A DNA stretch of 64,000 bases from Armatimonadota bacterium. Lineage in GTDB: Bacteria > Armatimonadota > Zipacnadia > Zipacnadales > VGFC01. Made by a program: the position numbers and the translations under genes. Of the stretch, positions 1-9,133 are shown piece after piece (within the stretch, counting starts at the first letter, position 1; every line of letters starts with the position of its first letter). The notes below the pieces were generated by a model. The model ran no database searches. It had not been told where the DNA came from and worked only from the letters and a program-made list of their open reading frames with translations. The stretch covers positions 2,170 to 66,169 of the forward strand of contig VGFC01000003.1 of assembly GCA_016869045.1 (NCBI GenBank). Reading direction: 5' to 3'.

Positions 1-73
1 CCTTGCAGCCTATCCTGAAACTCGAACAGCGACAGGCTGGGAAGCCTGTCCTCCGAGTTCCACTCGTGCTCCC

Positions 74-508
74 CTACTTGTAGTAGCGCGGAGGCGAGTA
101 CTTGCCGCCGCGACCATAGCCCGGCGGCGGGCCGACGTTGCGCTGGGCGTGCGACGGCGCCCGGCGCGCCTGGTAGCTGGTGCGCGGCCCGTCGTAGTAC
201 CCGTCATAGCGGTAGTAGCCGTAGGTCCGCGGCCGGTAGTCATACGGGCGATAGACAACCACCGGCGGACCGTAGTCGTAGTAGGTGTACCCGTAGGACC
301 GGTACACGGGAGGCGGGTAGTAGCCGGGCGAGTGGTAGTAATAGTGGGAGTGGCAGTAGTTGTCGTCGTCCAACATCTCGTAGACGATGGCGCCCGCCAA
401 GATGCCGCCCAACACGGCTCCGGCGTCACCCGCCCGCGCCGCACGCTGCAGCCCGAAGCTCGCAGCCAGCACCAGCAGCAGCGCGATCGCGAAGGTCCGA
501 TAGGCTGT
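74..508 (-). CDS. Small secreted Tyr/Pro/Gly-rich protein with N-terminal signal/TM segment and glycine-zipper (GAVLGGILAGAIV); low-complexity YYYHSPGYYPPPVY... tail
   Basis: ORF 74..583 minus; likely start at MRTTAYRTFAIALLLVLAAS (ATG 508..506). Hydrophobic N-terminus, GxxxG zipper, extreme Tyr content. Confidence 0.45.
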   Translation of the reverse strand, partial: TAYRTFAIALLLVLAASFGLQRAARAGDAGAVLGGILAGAIVYEMLDDDNYCHSHYYYHSPGYYPPPVYRSYGYTYYDYGPPVVVYRPYDYRPRTYGYYRYDGYYDGPRTSYQARRAPSHAQRNVGPPPGYGRGGKYSPPRYYK

Positions 509-661
509 GGTTCTCATCGCAGTGCCCTCCGGCATGAGTCGGCGCCCCCATGCGCGGTACGTCCGGTGAGTCTCGATGCGCAACGCCGTGTCCTTCTATT
601 ACTACAAAACGTAGTAGGCTGTCAAGTAGTTCCCTGGCCGATCCCCGGCGGCGGGAACCGG

Positions 662-2023
662 TCAGGCCTCGATCCGCGCCTCCAGCTGCGACGGCACAGC
701 CTCGAGCGTCATCCGGTGCGCCTCGACTGCCTTCAGGAGGTCCGCCACCACGTCCGGGTGGTCGGCGGCGACATCGAACCTCTCCGAGGGGTCAATGTCG
801 AGGTTGAACAACAGCGGGGGATCGTTCTGCTGGGCTTTCGCCCCGGCGTCCTGGGAGGTCAGGTGGGCCTTCCACGGGCCTTTGCGCACCGCCCAGAGCT
901 GCGCGCCCTGGTAGAAGAACATCGTGTCGCGGGCGCAGGGCCCCTTGCCCGTCAGCGCCGGCAGGAGGTCGTAGCCATCGAGGGTCCGGTCCGTGGGAAT
1001 CGGCGCGCGGGCGAGCGTCAGGCAGGTCGGGAAGAGATTAAGCGTTGAGGAGAGGTCCTGCCGCACGCTCCCCGCGGGAATCGTGCCCGGCCAGTACGCG
1101 AGGCACGGCTCGCGCATTCCGCCCTCCCACGTGCTGCCCTTGCCGCCGCGCAGGAGGCCCGCCGAGCCGCCGCTCAGCTTCTGCGTCAGCCACGGGCCGT
1201 TGTCGCTGGTGAAGAAGACGAGCGTCTCCCTGGCGAGGCCCTCCGTGTGGAGCGCGTCGATGACTTGCCCCACGCTCCAGTCCAGCTCCTCCACCACATC
1301 CCCGTACAGGCCCCGGGTGCTCGTGCCCTCGAAGCGCGCTGAGACATGCAGCGGCACGTGGGGGAATGTGTGGGGGAAGTACAAGAAGAACGGGCGCTTG
1401 CGGTGCTCGCGGATGAACTGCAGCGCGCGCTCGGTATAGCGGCTCGTCAGGGTCGTCTGGTCGGCGGGCTCCTCGATGACCGTCTCGCCCTCCATCAGCG
1501 GGCAGGGCTTCATGTCGTTCGAGTACGGGATGCCGAAGTAGCTGTCGAACCCATGCCGCGTCGGCAGGTACTGCGGCAGATGCCCCAGGTGCCACTTGCC
1601 GATGCACGCCGTCGCGTAGCCCTGGCCCCGCAAGGCCTCGGGGATCAGAATCTCGCTGTCCTGGATGCCGCCCGCCGAATCGGGGAAGAGCACGCCCCGC
1701 TTGCTGCTACACATCCCCGTGCGGATCGGCAGTCGCCCGGTCAGCAGCGCCGCGCGACTGGGCGTGCACACGGGCGCCGCCGAGTAGAACTGCGTCAGCT
1801 TGGCGCCGCCCGCCGCCATCCGATCCAGGTTCGGGGTTCGAATCGTCGGATGCCCAAAGCAGCCCAGGTCCCCATAGCCCAAGTCATCGGCGAAGATGAT
1901 GACGATGTTCGGCCGCCGCCGCCCCGCAGCGACGGATACGCCGCCGAGAAGCTGCGCCGCGGCCAGTCCGCCAACTGCGTGAGCGGCGCGAGTGAGAAAG
2001 GTGCGTCGATCGAGGTTCGCCAT
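662..2023 (-). CDS. Sulfatase (arylsulfatase family) with Tat signal peptide
   Basis: Twin-arginine motif RRTFLTRAA at N-terminus; canonical formylglycine sulfatase signature CTPSRAALLTGR; DDLGYGDLGCFG metal-binding block. Confidence 0.85.
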   Translation of the reverse strand: MANLDRRTFLTRAAHAVGGLAAAQLLGGVSVAAGRRRPNIVIIFADDLGYGDLGCFGHPTIRTPNLDRMAAGGAKLTQFYSAAPVCTPSRAALLTGRLPIRTGMCSSKRGVLFPDSAGGIQDSEILIPEALRGQGYATACIGKWHLGHLPQYLPTRHGFDSYFGIPYSNDMKPCPLMEGETVIEEPADQTTLTSRYTERALQFIREHRKRPFFLYFPHTFPHVPLHVSARFEGTSTRGLYGDVVEELDWSVGQVIDALHTEGLARETLVFFTSDNGPWLTQKLSGGSAGLLRGGKGSTWEGGMREPCLAYWPGTIPAGSVRQDLSSTLNLFPTCLTLARAPIPTDRTLDGYDLLPALTGKGPCARDTMFFYQGAQLWAVRKGPWKAHLTSQDAGAKAQQNDPPLLFNLDIDPSERFDVAADHPDVVADLLKAVEAHRMTLEAVPSQLEARIEA

Positions 2024-2050
2024 GCCGGACCTCCGATCTCCTACGGTACG

Positions 2051-2599
2051 TTACGCCACCAGCAGCTTGACGGCCACCACCGCCAACAGGGCGGCGCCGG
2101 CTCGTTCGGCCCAGACGCCGAGTTTGCTCGAGGCCGTGGAACCCAGGACCATCCCCACCGCGGTCATGACGATGGCGGTCAGGCCGATGACGATGATGTA
2201 GGCGATCTGGTTGCGCTGCAGGCTGCCGAAGGTGAGTCCCACGGCGAGGGCGTCGATGCTCACGGCGAGCGAGAGGCCGACCAGCATCCAGCCCTTGGTG
2301 GGGTTGCAGGTGCGGGGCGCGTCGCTGTCCCGGTGCTTCAGCGACTCGTAGAGCATCTTGGCGGAGATGGCCATCAGCACGCCGAACACGAACCAGTGAT
2401 CCCAACCCCGGATGTAGGGGACGATCTGCTGGCCGAGTTTCCAGCCGATCAGCGGCATGAGCGACTGAAACACCCCAAAGTGCCAGCTCAGGCGGAACCG
2501 CGAGCGGAAGTCGGACCAGCACGCGCCAATTCCTAACGCCACCGAGAAGGCGTCGAAACCTAACGCGATGGCGATTCCGGCGAGTTCGAGCGGCGTCAA
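2051..2599 (-). CDS. mntP: Putative manganese efflux pump MntP (DUF204) family membrane protein
   Basis: 182 aa, ~6 TM segments, two internal repeats typical of the MntP/DUF204 family; apparent TTG start. Confidence 0.7.
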   Translation of the reverse strand: MTPLELAGIAIALGFDAFSVALGIGACWSDFRSRFRLSWHFGVFQSLMPLIGWKLGQQIVPYIRGWDHWFVFGVLMAISAKMLYESLKHRDSDAPRTCNPTKGWMLVGLSLAVSIDALAVGLTFGSLQRNQIAYIIVIGLTAIVMTAVGMVLGSTASSKLGVWAERAGAALLAVVAVKLLVA

Positions 2600-2605
2600 G
2601 GGACC

Positions 2606-5600
2606 CTACCCCTTCGGCAACGCGTGCCACGGCTCGCGGAGGCTGCGTACGAGGCGCGTCGTGCAGGCCTTCACTTGGGATTCCTCTGCAACCAGGATGA
2701 TCGAGAAGCACCGGTCCTGGTCAATCTCCAGCCGGATCGACCCGCCCCTGACCGGCGCCTCGATCCGCTCGTACTCCACCCACTCGCCGCCCCTGACCTC
2801 GCCGACGAGCGCGACAGGCTTGCTCCACTCCGCGCGCGTGTCGAGCCGCACCGTGCCCTCGGTGAGCGGGAGGACGCACAGCTGCGTGGAGCTGCGGACA
2901 TCTTGCCCGTCGAGGGAGTAGGACATGAAGTGCGCACCCTTCCCGTCCTCCAACGCCAGTAAGGCCGAGTTCTTCGCCCAGACCATGCAGCCGGTGCGGT
3001 GCGGGGTGAGTTCGAGGGGCGGGGCGCCGTCCGCCGTCCGCGCGTTGACCTTGGCGTCGGTTGGGTTCACCCACACCTCGCCGCGCGCCGCTGTGCCGGC
3101 CAGGGGCACGGACAGCGGCAGGGCCGCCCCGAGGGCGTCCCTCGCAGCTCCTGTGTCTCCCAGCACTGTCCGGTACACCAGGCTGTTGCGCGCGGCGATC
3201 CCTTCGGCAAAGCCTTCGTCCCGCTCCAGCGGCCAGGTGCAGAAGAGCACGCGGCCCTTGCCCAGCGCGTTGCTCAGGAGCACCGGCGTCTTGTCCGCGT
3301 CCGTTGCCGCGACGAGGACTTGTGCCCCGGTCGGCTTCACGACGATGGCCGGGTTCACCGTGATCTGTTCCCCGCCGATCTCGGCGGGCAGGCCCGTCTT
3401 CTCATCGCAGGCGACGTTGGGGTAGCGCTCGGCGACGAACTCGACACCACATAACTCCTTCAGTCGGTCGGTCAGCGTGCGCGTGCGTAGCATGTCGTAG
3501 GAGACGTCTCCCGAGACGTACAGCGTGCCGCCGGCCTTCACCCAGTCGAGCAGCTTGGCGCATACGTCATCGGGGATCTGGTAGGGGATTGGGTAGAAGA
3601 TCACCTTCGCTGAGGGGGGAATCGCCTCCAGAGAGCACTCATTCAGCGTCCCGCAGCTCACGCCCATCTCCTGCAGCGTGCGGAAGCATGACAGCGTCGC
3701 TTCGAACACCGTCCACACCGGCTGGCCGAGTCGGTGCGTGTCGGGGGTGAGCACGTAGACGCTGGGCGGCTCGTAGCGCCGCTCGAACTGCCGGAAGGTG
3801 AGCCCCGCCGCGCGGTAGACGTCCAGGCAGTCCTTCTTCACCCAGTCGCCGGGGTAGACCATCCCCCACGGGAAGATCCACTCGACGTTGTCCTTCCAGT
3901 CCCAGTTGTGGATCTTGGAGGCGCCGAGGCCCCAGCCGTAGTGGGTGATCGCGAGCCAGAGCTGCTCCTGCTGCTCGTCGGTGCGGGCGATGTGATAGCC
4001 CCAGTCCTTGCCACCGCCCCAGGCGGGGTGCGTCTTGCAGCCGAACTCGCCGGCGCTCATCGACTTGCCGCGCTCGCGCAGGTCCGCATGGCGCATCACC
4101 GAGGGGAAGCGGGCGATGTCACGCTCGGGCTTGTCGAAGTAGCCGATGTTCGCGCAGGTGTGGTCGCCGATGGCCTGGATGATGTCGATGCCCGGCCCGG
4201 GCGTCTGGTAGTACTCCGACGTGATCGCGTGGTGCTGATCGACCTCGCGAATCGCGCGCACGTGCCGGTTGATCCAGCGCGTCATCAGCTCCACCTTGAA
4301 GCGCGCGAGGTCCATGCCGCGCACATCGTCCCAGCTGTCTGCGCCATACTCCTGTAGGGGCACGTGCCCCAGCGGGCCCGTCACGCGCTCGGGCTTCCAG
4401 GCGGCGGCGAGCGTCTCGTCGGTCGCGTATCGAGTCTTCAGAAACTCGTTCCACAGGCGCTCGACATCCGTGCGCGGCGGCTCGCCGCCACGCTCTTCGG
4501 CAAGCCGCAGGTTGTCGTCCAGGCGGAGCTGGAAGTCCCCGTTGATGTACCAGAGAATCCCCGGCACGTCCTTGTAGCGCTTCACGAACGCCTGAACCCA
4601 GGCCGCCTCCCTCTCCAGCACATCGTCCTCAACCACCACGTTCGCGCCGATGAGCAGCCCCGGCATGTAGACTTGCCCGTACTGCTGCGCGAGCTGCACC
4701 ATCGCATCGGTCTTGCGCAAGAGCGACTCGGGCCACTCGTACGGCGGGCTCTGGCTCACCGCGCTGACCTGCAGGTTCTCGGGCAGGTTCATGCCGGAAT
4801 CGCGCATCGTCTCGAAGTCGCGCTTCCAGACCAGCGGGTTCTCATGCGCCGAGTAGAAGGCGAACGAGAAGCTGTCCGTGCCCTGCAGGAAGTGCTCGCG
4901 CCCGTTCAGCCGGAAGAGGTTGCCCTCCAGCACGCAGTCCGGCCCGGACTTCACCACCTTCTCATCCCACACGCAGAAGCCGGTCTCCATCTTGTCCGAC
5001 GGCCTCTCGTCCAGGCTCAGCGTCGCTTCGACACGGTAGAAGTCTGCCTCAAAGCGCCCCGGGCTCCACTCGACGGTGAACTCGCGGGTCTCGTCGGGTT
5101 GGAGTGTAGCGCCCGGCGAGTGGAGCTGGATCGGCTTGCCCTTGCCGTCGGCAGTGACCTGGAAATCGACGCTGACGGCTTGGGGAGCCGGCCCCCAGTT
5201 GCTGACCTGCACCTTGATCTGCACCGGCTCGCCCTGGCGGTACGTGGCGTAGTTCGTCTCGAGGTTGTGCAGGAACGTCTCGGTGACGAGCGCATCCACG
5301 ATGGGTACGAGCAGCTCGGTGGCCGCCGGCGCATCGCGCGGGAAGAAGTCGAAGTCCGTGGAGCCGAAGATCGCCCAGGCCGACCGCGCATAGTGGCCGC
5401 CGTAGCGGTAGGTGATCGAGGCGGCGCTGCCGCGCAGGCGCTGGTAGCGGTCGTAGCAGTTCACCAGCGGGACGCGCCGCGCGTCGTCGTAGCCGAGGAC
5501 CGTCGTCGCCGACCAGCCCTGCATCGGCGCATCGGCGACGAAGTTCTGAGGCACGATGTACTGATCCGGCGCGGCCCTCGCGAACTCCACGCGCTTCAGG

Positions 5601-7075
5601 GGGAACTGCGCGTCGAACACCCCGATCTGCTCCGGCGCCACCTGCAGTCCGTCCAGCGGCGCGCCGCGGGCCGTGTTCATGATGAGTTCACTCGGCCCGG
5701 CCGCCGCCAGCTTCACGCGCGCACACTTGGAGCCAGAGTGCGGAGTCGCCCCGACGATGCTGGCGAGGTCCTTCTGGGTGCGGAACCAGTTGTGGGGGCG
5801 GCGGTCGTCGGGGGCCGTCACATTCTCGAAGCCCCCGTCGGTGACGTACTCCCGGCCCGCGTCGTCGGTGACCGAGATGTCGTCGATGGACGCCGTGCCG
5901 GTGCAGCGGAAGAGCCCCGCCTTGATCTCGACCACCGCCGCGTTCTGGTCCACCCTGAAGGCATACTGGTTCGCGGTCCAGTCCTGGTCGCCGACCAGGT
6001 GGAGCGTGTCGCGCCAGCTGCCGAGCTTGCCGTCCTTGTCGAACTGGTAGACGGCCAGGTAGGCAAAGCCGCCCGTGACGCCCCGGCAGCGGAGGTGCCC
6101 GCGGAAGGTCATCGCCTTCCCCGGCATGTCGGGCTCGACGGGGATGCGGTAGAACCACGAGCACTCCTCGGGCGTGGGCTTCGCCGCCGCCGGCGGCTCG
6201 CCGCCGACCAGGTTGTTGAACGCATACCCGCCCATTGTGAGCATGTTGCCGCCGCCACGCAGGAAGCGCCGGAACGCATCGGCGGCCGGCGCGGGGAAGG
6301 TCTCGCCATAGGGCAGGATCACTGTGCTGAAGCGCTCGGGCGTCAGGAATAGCCGATCCGCAAGCTGCGCCGCGCTGATGAGCGTGGTCTCGTAGGGCTG
6401 CCCGGGGATCGCGTCGAGAATCTCCTTCAGGTACTCCGGCTCCGAGCCGACGCCCACGACGGGCAGGTCATCCTTCAGGATCGCGATTCCCGGCTTGCCG
6501 CCAGCGGCTCCGGCAGACGGCGGCTGGGCGATCTCGCCGACGTCGGCGGCCTGCTCGCCCTCCACCAGCGTGAAGTCATCCACCCACAGCGTCCCCGAGG
6601 CCTGGAACAGCCCGAAGGGGATCACCAGCCGCGTCGTCTCCTCACCTATCGTGAAGGTGTGCGTGTGGCGCTCCCAGTCGAGCGTGCCCACCGGGTGCGT
6701 GAAGTCGAAGTAGGCGACGTAATCCCCGAACTTGTCGTACTGGTACATGGCGACATACCCGTACCCCTGCACCCCCTCGTTCGCCACGATGTCCTGCGCC
6801 CTCACCCACGCCGACACCGTGTAGGTCGCACCCGGCCTGAAGCCCTCAACCGTCCAGGAGCCGCTGCCGCTGGTCCGTTCGCCGGCCCTCGGCTCGACCA
6901 TCACCCGCACGCTGCGCTTGCCCGAATGCGCCACCTGATCGTCGAACGCCGCGCCGGCGCTCAACGTCAGGTCCAACGGCCGGCGCTCGAAGTCGCCGTG
7001 CTGAATCAGCGAGACGGGCTGGGCGAGGCCGACTGAGGCAAGCAGTGCGGATGCAACGACGAGACAGAGGGTCAT
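2606..7075 (-). CDS. Large secreted glycoside hydrolase (~1490 aa) with N-terminal CBM4/9-like carbohydrate-binding domain and TIM-barrel (clan GH-A-like) catalytic region
   Basis: Signal peptide MTLCLVVASALLASVGLAQP (start moved to internal ATG at 7075); CenC-like CBM region; many W/Y-rich glycosidase-like blocks. Exact GH family not assignable by eye. Confidence 0.6.
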   Translation of the reverse strand: MTLCLVVASALLASVGLAQPVSLIQHGDFERRPLDLTLSAGAAFDDQVAHSGKRSVRVMVEPRAGERTSGSGSWTVEGFRPGATYTVSAWVRAQDIVANEGVQGYGYVAMYQYDKFGDYVAYFDFTHPVGTLDWERHTHTFTIGEETTRLVIPFGLFQASGTLWVDDFTLVEGEQAADVGEIAQPPSAGAAGGKPGIAILKDDLPVVGVGSEPEYLKEILDAIPGQPYETTLISAAQLADRLFLTPERFSTVILPYGETFPAPAADAFRRFLRGGGNMLTMGGYAFNNLVGGEPPAAAKPTPEECSWFYRIPVEPDMPGKAMTFRGHLRCRGVTGGFAYLAVYQFDKDGKLGSWRDTLHLVGDQDWTANQYAFRVDQNAAVVEIKAGLFRCTGTASIDDISVTDDAGREYVTDGGFENVTAPDDRRPHNWFRTQKDLASIVGATPHSGSKCARVKLAAAGPSELIMNTARGAPLDGLQVAPEQIGVFDAQFPLKRVEFARAAPDQYIVPQNFVADAPMQGWSATTVLGYDDARRVPLVNCYDRYQRLRGSAASITYRYGGHYARSAWAIFGSTDFDFFPRDAPAATELLVPIVDALVTETFLHNLETNYATYRQGEPVQIKVQVSNWGPAPQAVSVDFQVTADGKGKPIQLHSPGATLQPDETREFTVEWSPGRFEADFYRVEATLSLDERPSDKMETGFCVWDEKVVKSGPDCVLEGNLFRLNGREHFLQGTDSFSFAFYSAHENPLVWKRDFETMRDSGMNLPENLQVSAVSQSPPYEWPESLLRKTDAMVQLAQQYGQVYMPGLLIGANVVVEDDVLEREAAWVQAFVKRYKDVPGILWYINGDFQLRLDDNLRLAEERGGEPPRTDVERLWNEFLKTRYATDETLAAAWKPERVTGPLGHVPLQEYGADSWDDVRGMDLARFKVELMTRWINRHVRAIREVDQHHAITSEYYQTPGPGIDIIQAIGDHTCANIGYFDKPERDIARFPSVMRHADLRERGKSMSAGEFGCKTHPAWGGGKDWGYHIARTDEQQEQLWLAITHYGWGLGASKIHNWDWKDNVEWIFPWGMVYPGDWVKKDCLDVYRAAGLTFRQFERRYEPPSVYVLTPDTHRLGQPVWTVFEATLSCFRTLQEMGVSCGTLNECSLEAIPPSAKVIFYPIPYQIPDDVCAKLLDWVKAGGTLYVSGDVSYDMLRTRTLTDRLKELCGVEFVAERYPNVACDEKTGLPAEIGGEQITVNPAIVVKPTGAQVLVAATDADKTPVLLSNALGKGRVLFCTWPLERDEGFAEGIAARNSLVYRTVLGDTGAARDALGAALPLSVPLAGTAARGEVWVNPTDAKVNARTADGAPPLELTPHRTGCMVWAKNSALLALEDGKGAHFMSYSLDGQDVRSSTQLCVLPLTEGTVRLDTRAEWSKPVALVGEVRGGEWVEYERIEAPVRGGSIRLEIDQDRCFSIILVAEESQVKACTTRLVRSLREPWHALPKG

Positions 7076-7167
7076 GGGAGGCCTCCGTTGGGGGCGGGTG
7101 GTGGGGTGTTCCACGGAGGCGCGAGCACGTCCTGCCGGGACGCACGGGGGCCGATGAGGTCAGGCTG

Positions 7168-7389
7168 TCACAGGAGCCGCACGAACTCCTCCACCGTCAG
7201 GCCTGCATCGCCAATGAGGCCCCGCAGCAGACCGGGGCCGACGTTCCGATGCAGGGGGACGGCAAGCGTGTAGTCGTGTCCCGGTTTCTGCATCATCAGA
7301 TGACTGCCGCGCATACGAACGCCTCGCCAGCCGGCGCGCTCGAAGGCCCGAGCGATCTCGTCGCCCGAGAGACCCCGGGGAAGCCTCAT
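7168..7389 (-). CDS. hicA: HicA-family toxin (mRNA interferase) of type II toxin-antitoxin system
   Basis: 73 aa; YcfA/HicA-like sequence (GSHLMMQKPGHDYTLAVPLHRN); 4-nt overlap with upstream hicB. Confidence 0.8.
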   Translation of the reverse strand: MRLPRGLSGDEIARAFERAGWRGVRMRGSHLMMQKPGHDYTLAVPLHRNVGPGLLRGLIGDAGLTVEEFVRLL

Positions 7390-7601
7390 CCCAACACGAC
7401 CTCACGCAGCAACTGCCCGGGTTGCAGGGCCGACCGCGTGCGGTCCTCCTCAGCTTCGAGCCAGCCCTCGATCGCCTCGCGGATGTTCGCCATCGCCTCC
7501 TCCTCCGTCTGGCCCTGCGACCAGCATCCCTTGAGGGCCGGGCAAGAGGCAACGAAGAAGCCATCCTCATCCTGCTCTATGACCACCGCTAGCTTGTCCA
7601 T
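7386..7601 (-). CDS. hicB: HicB-family antitoxin (UPF0150)
   Basis: 71 aa from internal ATG (MDKLAVVIEQDEDGFFVASCPALKGCWSQGQTEEEAMANIREAIEGWLEA): classic HicB fold signature. The long upstream ORF extension (7386..8291) is spurious. Confidence 0.75.
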   Translation of the reverse strand: MDKLAVVIEQDEDGFFVASCPALKGCWSQGQTEEEAMANIREAIEGWLEAEEDRTRSALQPGQLLREVVLG

Positions 7602-7675
7602 GGTCGGGCTCCCTGAGCGATGTGGGTTCGCATCCGCAGTATACCCAAACGAGTCGATGCCGTGAAGCCTTGCTC

Positions 7676-9019
7676 CTAGCCTTCCCTCGGCCTGCCCTTC
7701 GCGATCCACTCCTCCCAGGCCTTGCCGAGGCTGATGCCGTGAGTGGCGACGGGGTCTTCGGTCAGGCCGTTCTTGGCCATGCCGGCGGCGATCCAGGCTT
7801 CGAGGCGCTCTTCGAGGGTGCGGGCGAGGTCGGGCTGCTGGTCGGCGAGGTTGTGGAGTTCGTCGGGGTCGGTGCGCAGGTCGTAGAGTTCGCGCGTTGG
7901 GTTGCCGTGGAGGTCGGGCAGGCGCGCGAGGATGAGCTTGTGGGTGTCGTCGCGGATCGCCCATTTCGCCTGCCATGTGCATTCCTGGGAGGTGATGAAG
8001 TCCCGCAGCGGCGTGTGGGAGCCGGTTAGCAACGGGACGAGGCTCTGGCCCTCCATCGCCGGCGGCACATCCAGGTCGAAGGCGGAGAGGATCGTGGGGG
8101 CCACGTCCACATGCTGGGCGAAGTCGGTGACGCGCGTGCCGGGCTCGACGACGCCCGGCCAGCGCACGATGAGCGGGCAGCGGATGTTGCCGTCGTAGAG
8201 GCCGTGGTGGTCGAAGAAGATGTCGTGGCGGTAGTGCATCTCGCCATGGTCGCTGAGGAGGATGACGAGCGTATCCTCCGCGTGGCCGCATTCCTGAAGC
8301 GTCTGCAGGACCTGCCCGACGCCCTCATCCGCGTGGCAGATCTCCCCATCGTAGAGCGCGACCACGTACTCCGCGTCACACATCCCCGGCGGCAGCTTCT
8401 CGAACCACTTGCGCCACATGACGCTGAAGTACTGGTCCGCGAGGGGCGCGAGCGTGTTGCGTGAGGGATCGGTCGGGTCGCCCTCGTAGAAGCAGCGGAA
8501 ACGCTCGGGCGGGAGATACGGCGTGTGCGGGTCCCAGTAATGGATGGCGGCGAAGAAGCGTTCATCGCAGTGCGTGCGCAGCCACGGCAGCACGCGCGTG
8601 TTGAGGCGCTCGCAGCTATAGCCGTCGTCCGGTCCGGGGAACGTGGAGTCCACCAGGAACTCGAAGCCGTGGACGAACCAGCTCTTGTAGCGCGGCAGGC
8701 AGTCGAACGACGCGGTCAGGAAGCCCGCCTGCCGCAGCAGCGCGGGGAACCACGGCGTGCCGGGCTTGAGGTCGTTGTCGCCCTGCGCGCCGCCCTTGTG
8801 GCTGACGACACCGTGGGTGAGGCTGTGCTGCCCCGTGTAGACCGTCGTGAACGAGGGCTGCGTCGGCACCGCGGGCGCGAAGAACCGCTCGCACACCGCG
8901 CCCTCGCTGGCGAGGCGGTCGATGTTCGGGCTGGTCGGACGGTGGTACCCGTAGCAGCCGAGGTGGTCGGCGCGGAGTGAGTCGACGAAGACAAGCAGGA
9001 TGTTGCGTGGCTCGGTCAT
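7676..9019 (-). CDS. Sulfatase-like (alkaline-phosphatase superfamily) protein lacking signal peptide and lacking the canonical C-x-P-x-R formylglycine motif
   Basis: N-terminal LLVFVDSLRADHLGCYGY and NIDRLA blocks match sulfatases, but the active-site position reads VPTQPSFTTVYTG instead of CTPSRxxxxTG. Confidence 0.65.
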   Translation of the reverse strand: MTEPRNILLVFVDSLRADHLGCYGYHRPTSPNIDRLASEGAVCERFFAPAVPTQPSFTTVYTGQHSLTHGVVSHKGGAQGDNDLKPGTPWFPALLRQAGFLTASFDCLPRYKSWFVHGFEFLVDSTFPGPDDGYSCERLNTRVLPWLRTHCDERFFAAIHYWDPHTPYLPPERFRCFYEGDPTDPSRNTLAPLADQYFSVMWRKWFEKLPPGMCDAEYVVALYDGEICHADEGVGQVLQTLQECGHAEDTLVILLSDHGEMHYRHDIFFDHHGLYDGNIRCPLIVRWPGVVEPGTRVTDFAQHVDVAPTILSAFDLDVPPAMEGQSLVPLLTGSHTPLRDFITSQECTWQAKWAIRDDTHKLILARLPDLHGNPTRELYDLRTDPDELHNLADQQPDLARTLEERLEAWIAAGMAKNGLTEDPVATHGISLGKAWEEWIAKGRPREG

Positions 9020-9133
9020 GTGGCGGTCGAGTCCCGTCTCTTGCCCCGGCGGAAGGGGCCCGTGATGCGGACTGCCCCGGGCATGGCGGGCAGAACGGGC
9101 GTCTCTTCCCCGGAGCCAAGGAAGGCCCCTTCG

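Noticed and set aside
1346-2536. Numerous long Arg/Ala/Gly-rich ORFs on the opposite strand of annotated genes (e.g. 1346..2536 +, 4364..6352 +, 27358..28515 +, 57317..59143 +)
   Set aside because: These show a compositional signature (RRA/GRR-rich) of antisense or out-of-frame translation in ~68% GC DNA. They have no motifs and always overlap a sense gene with clear homology.
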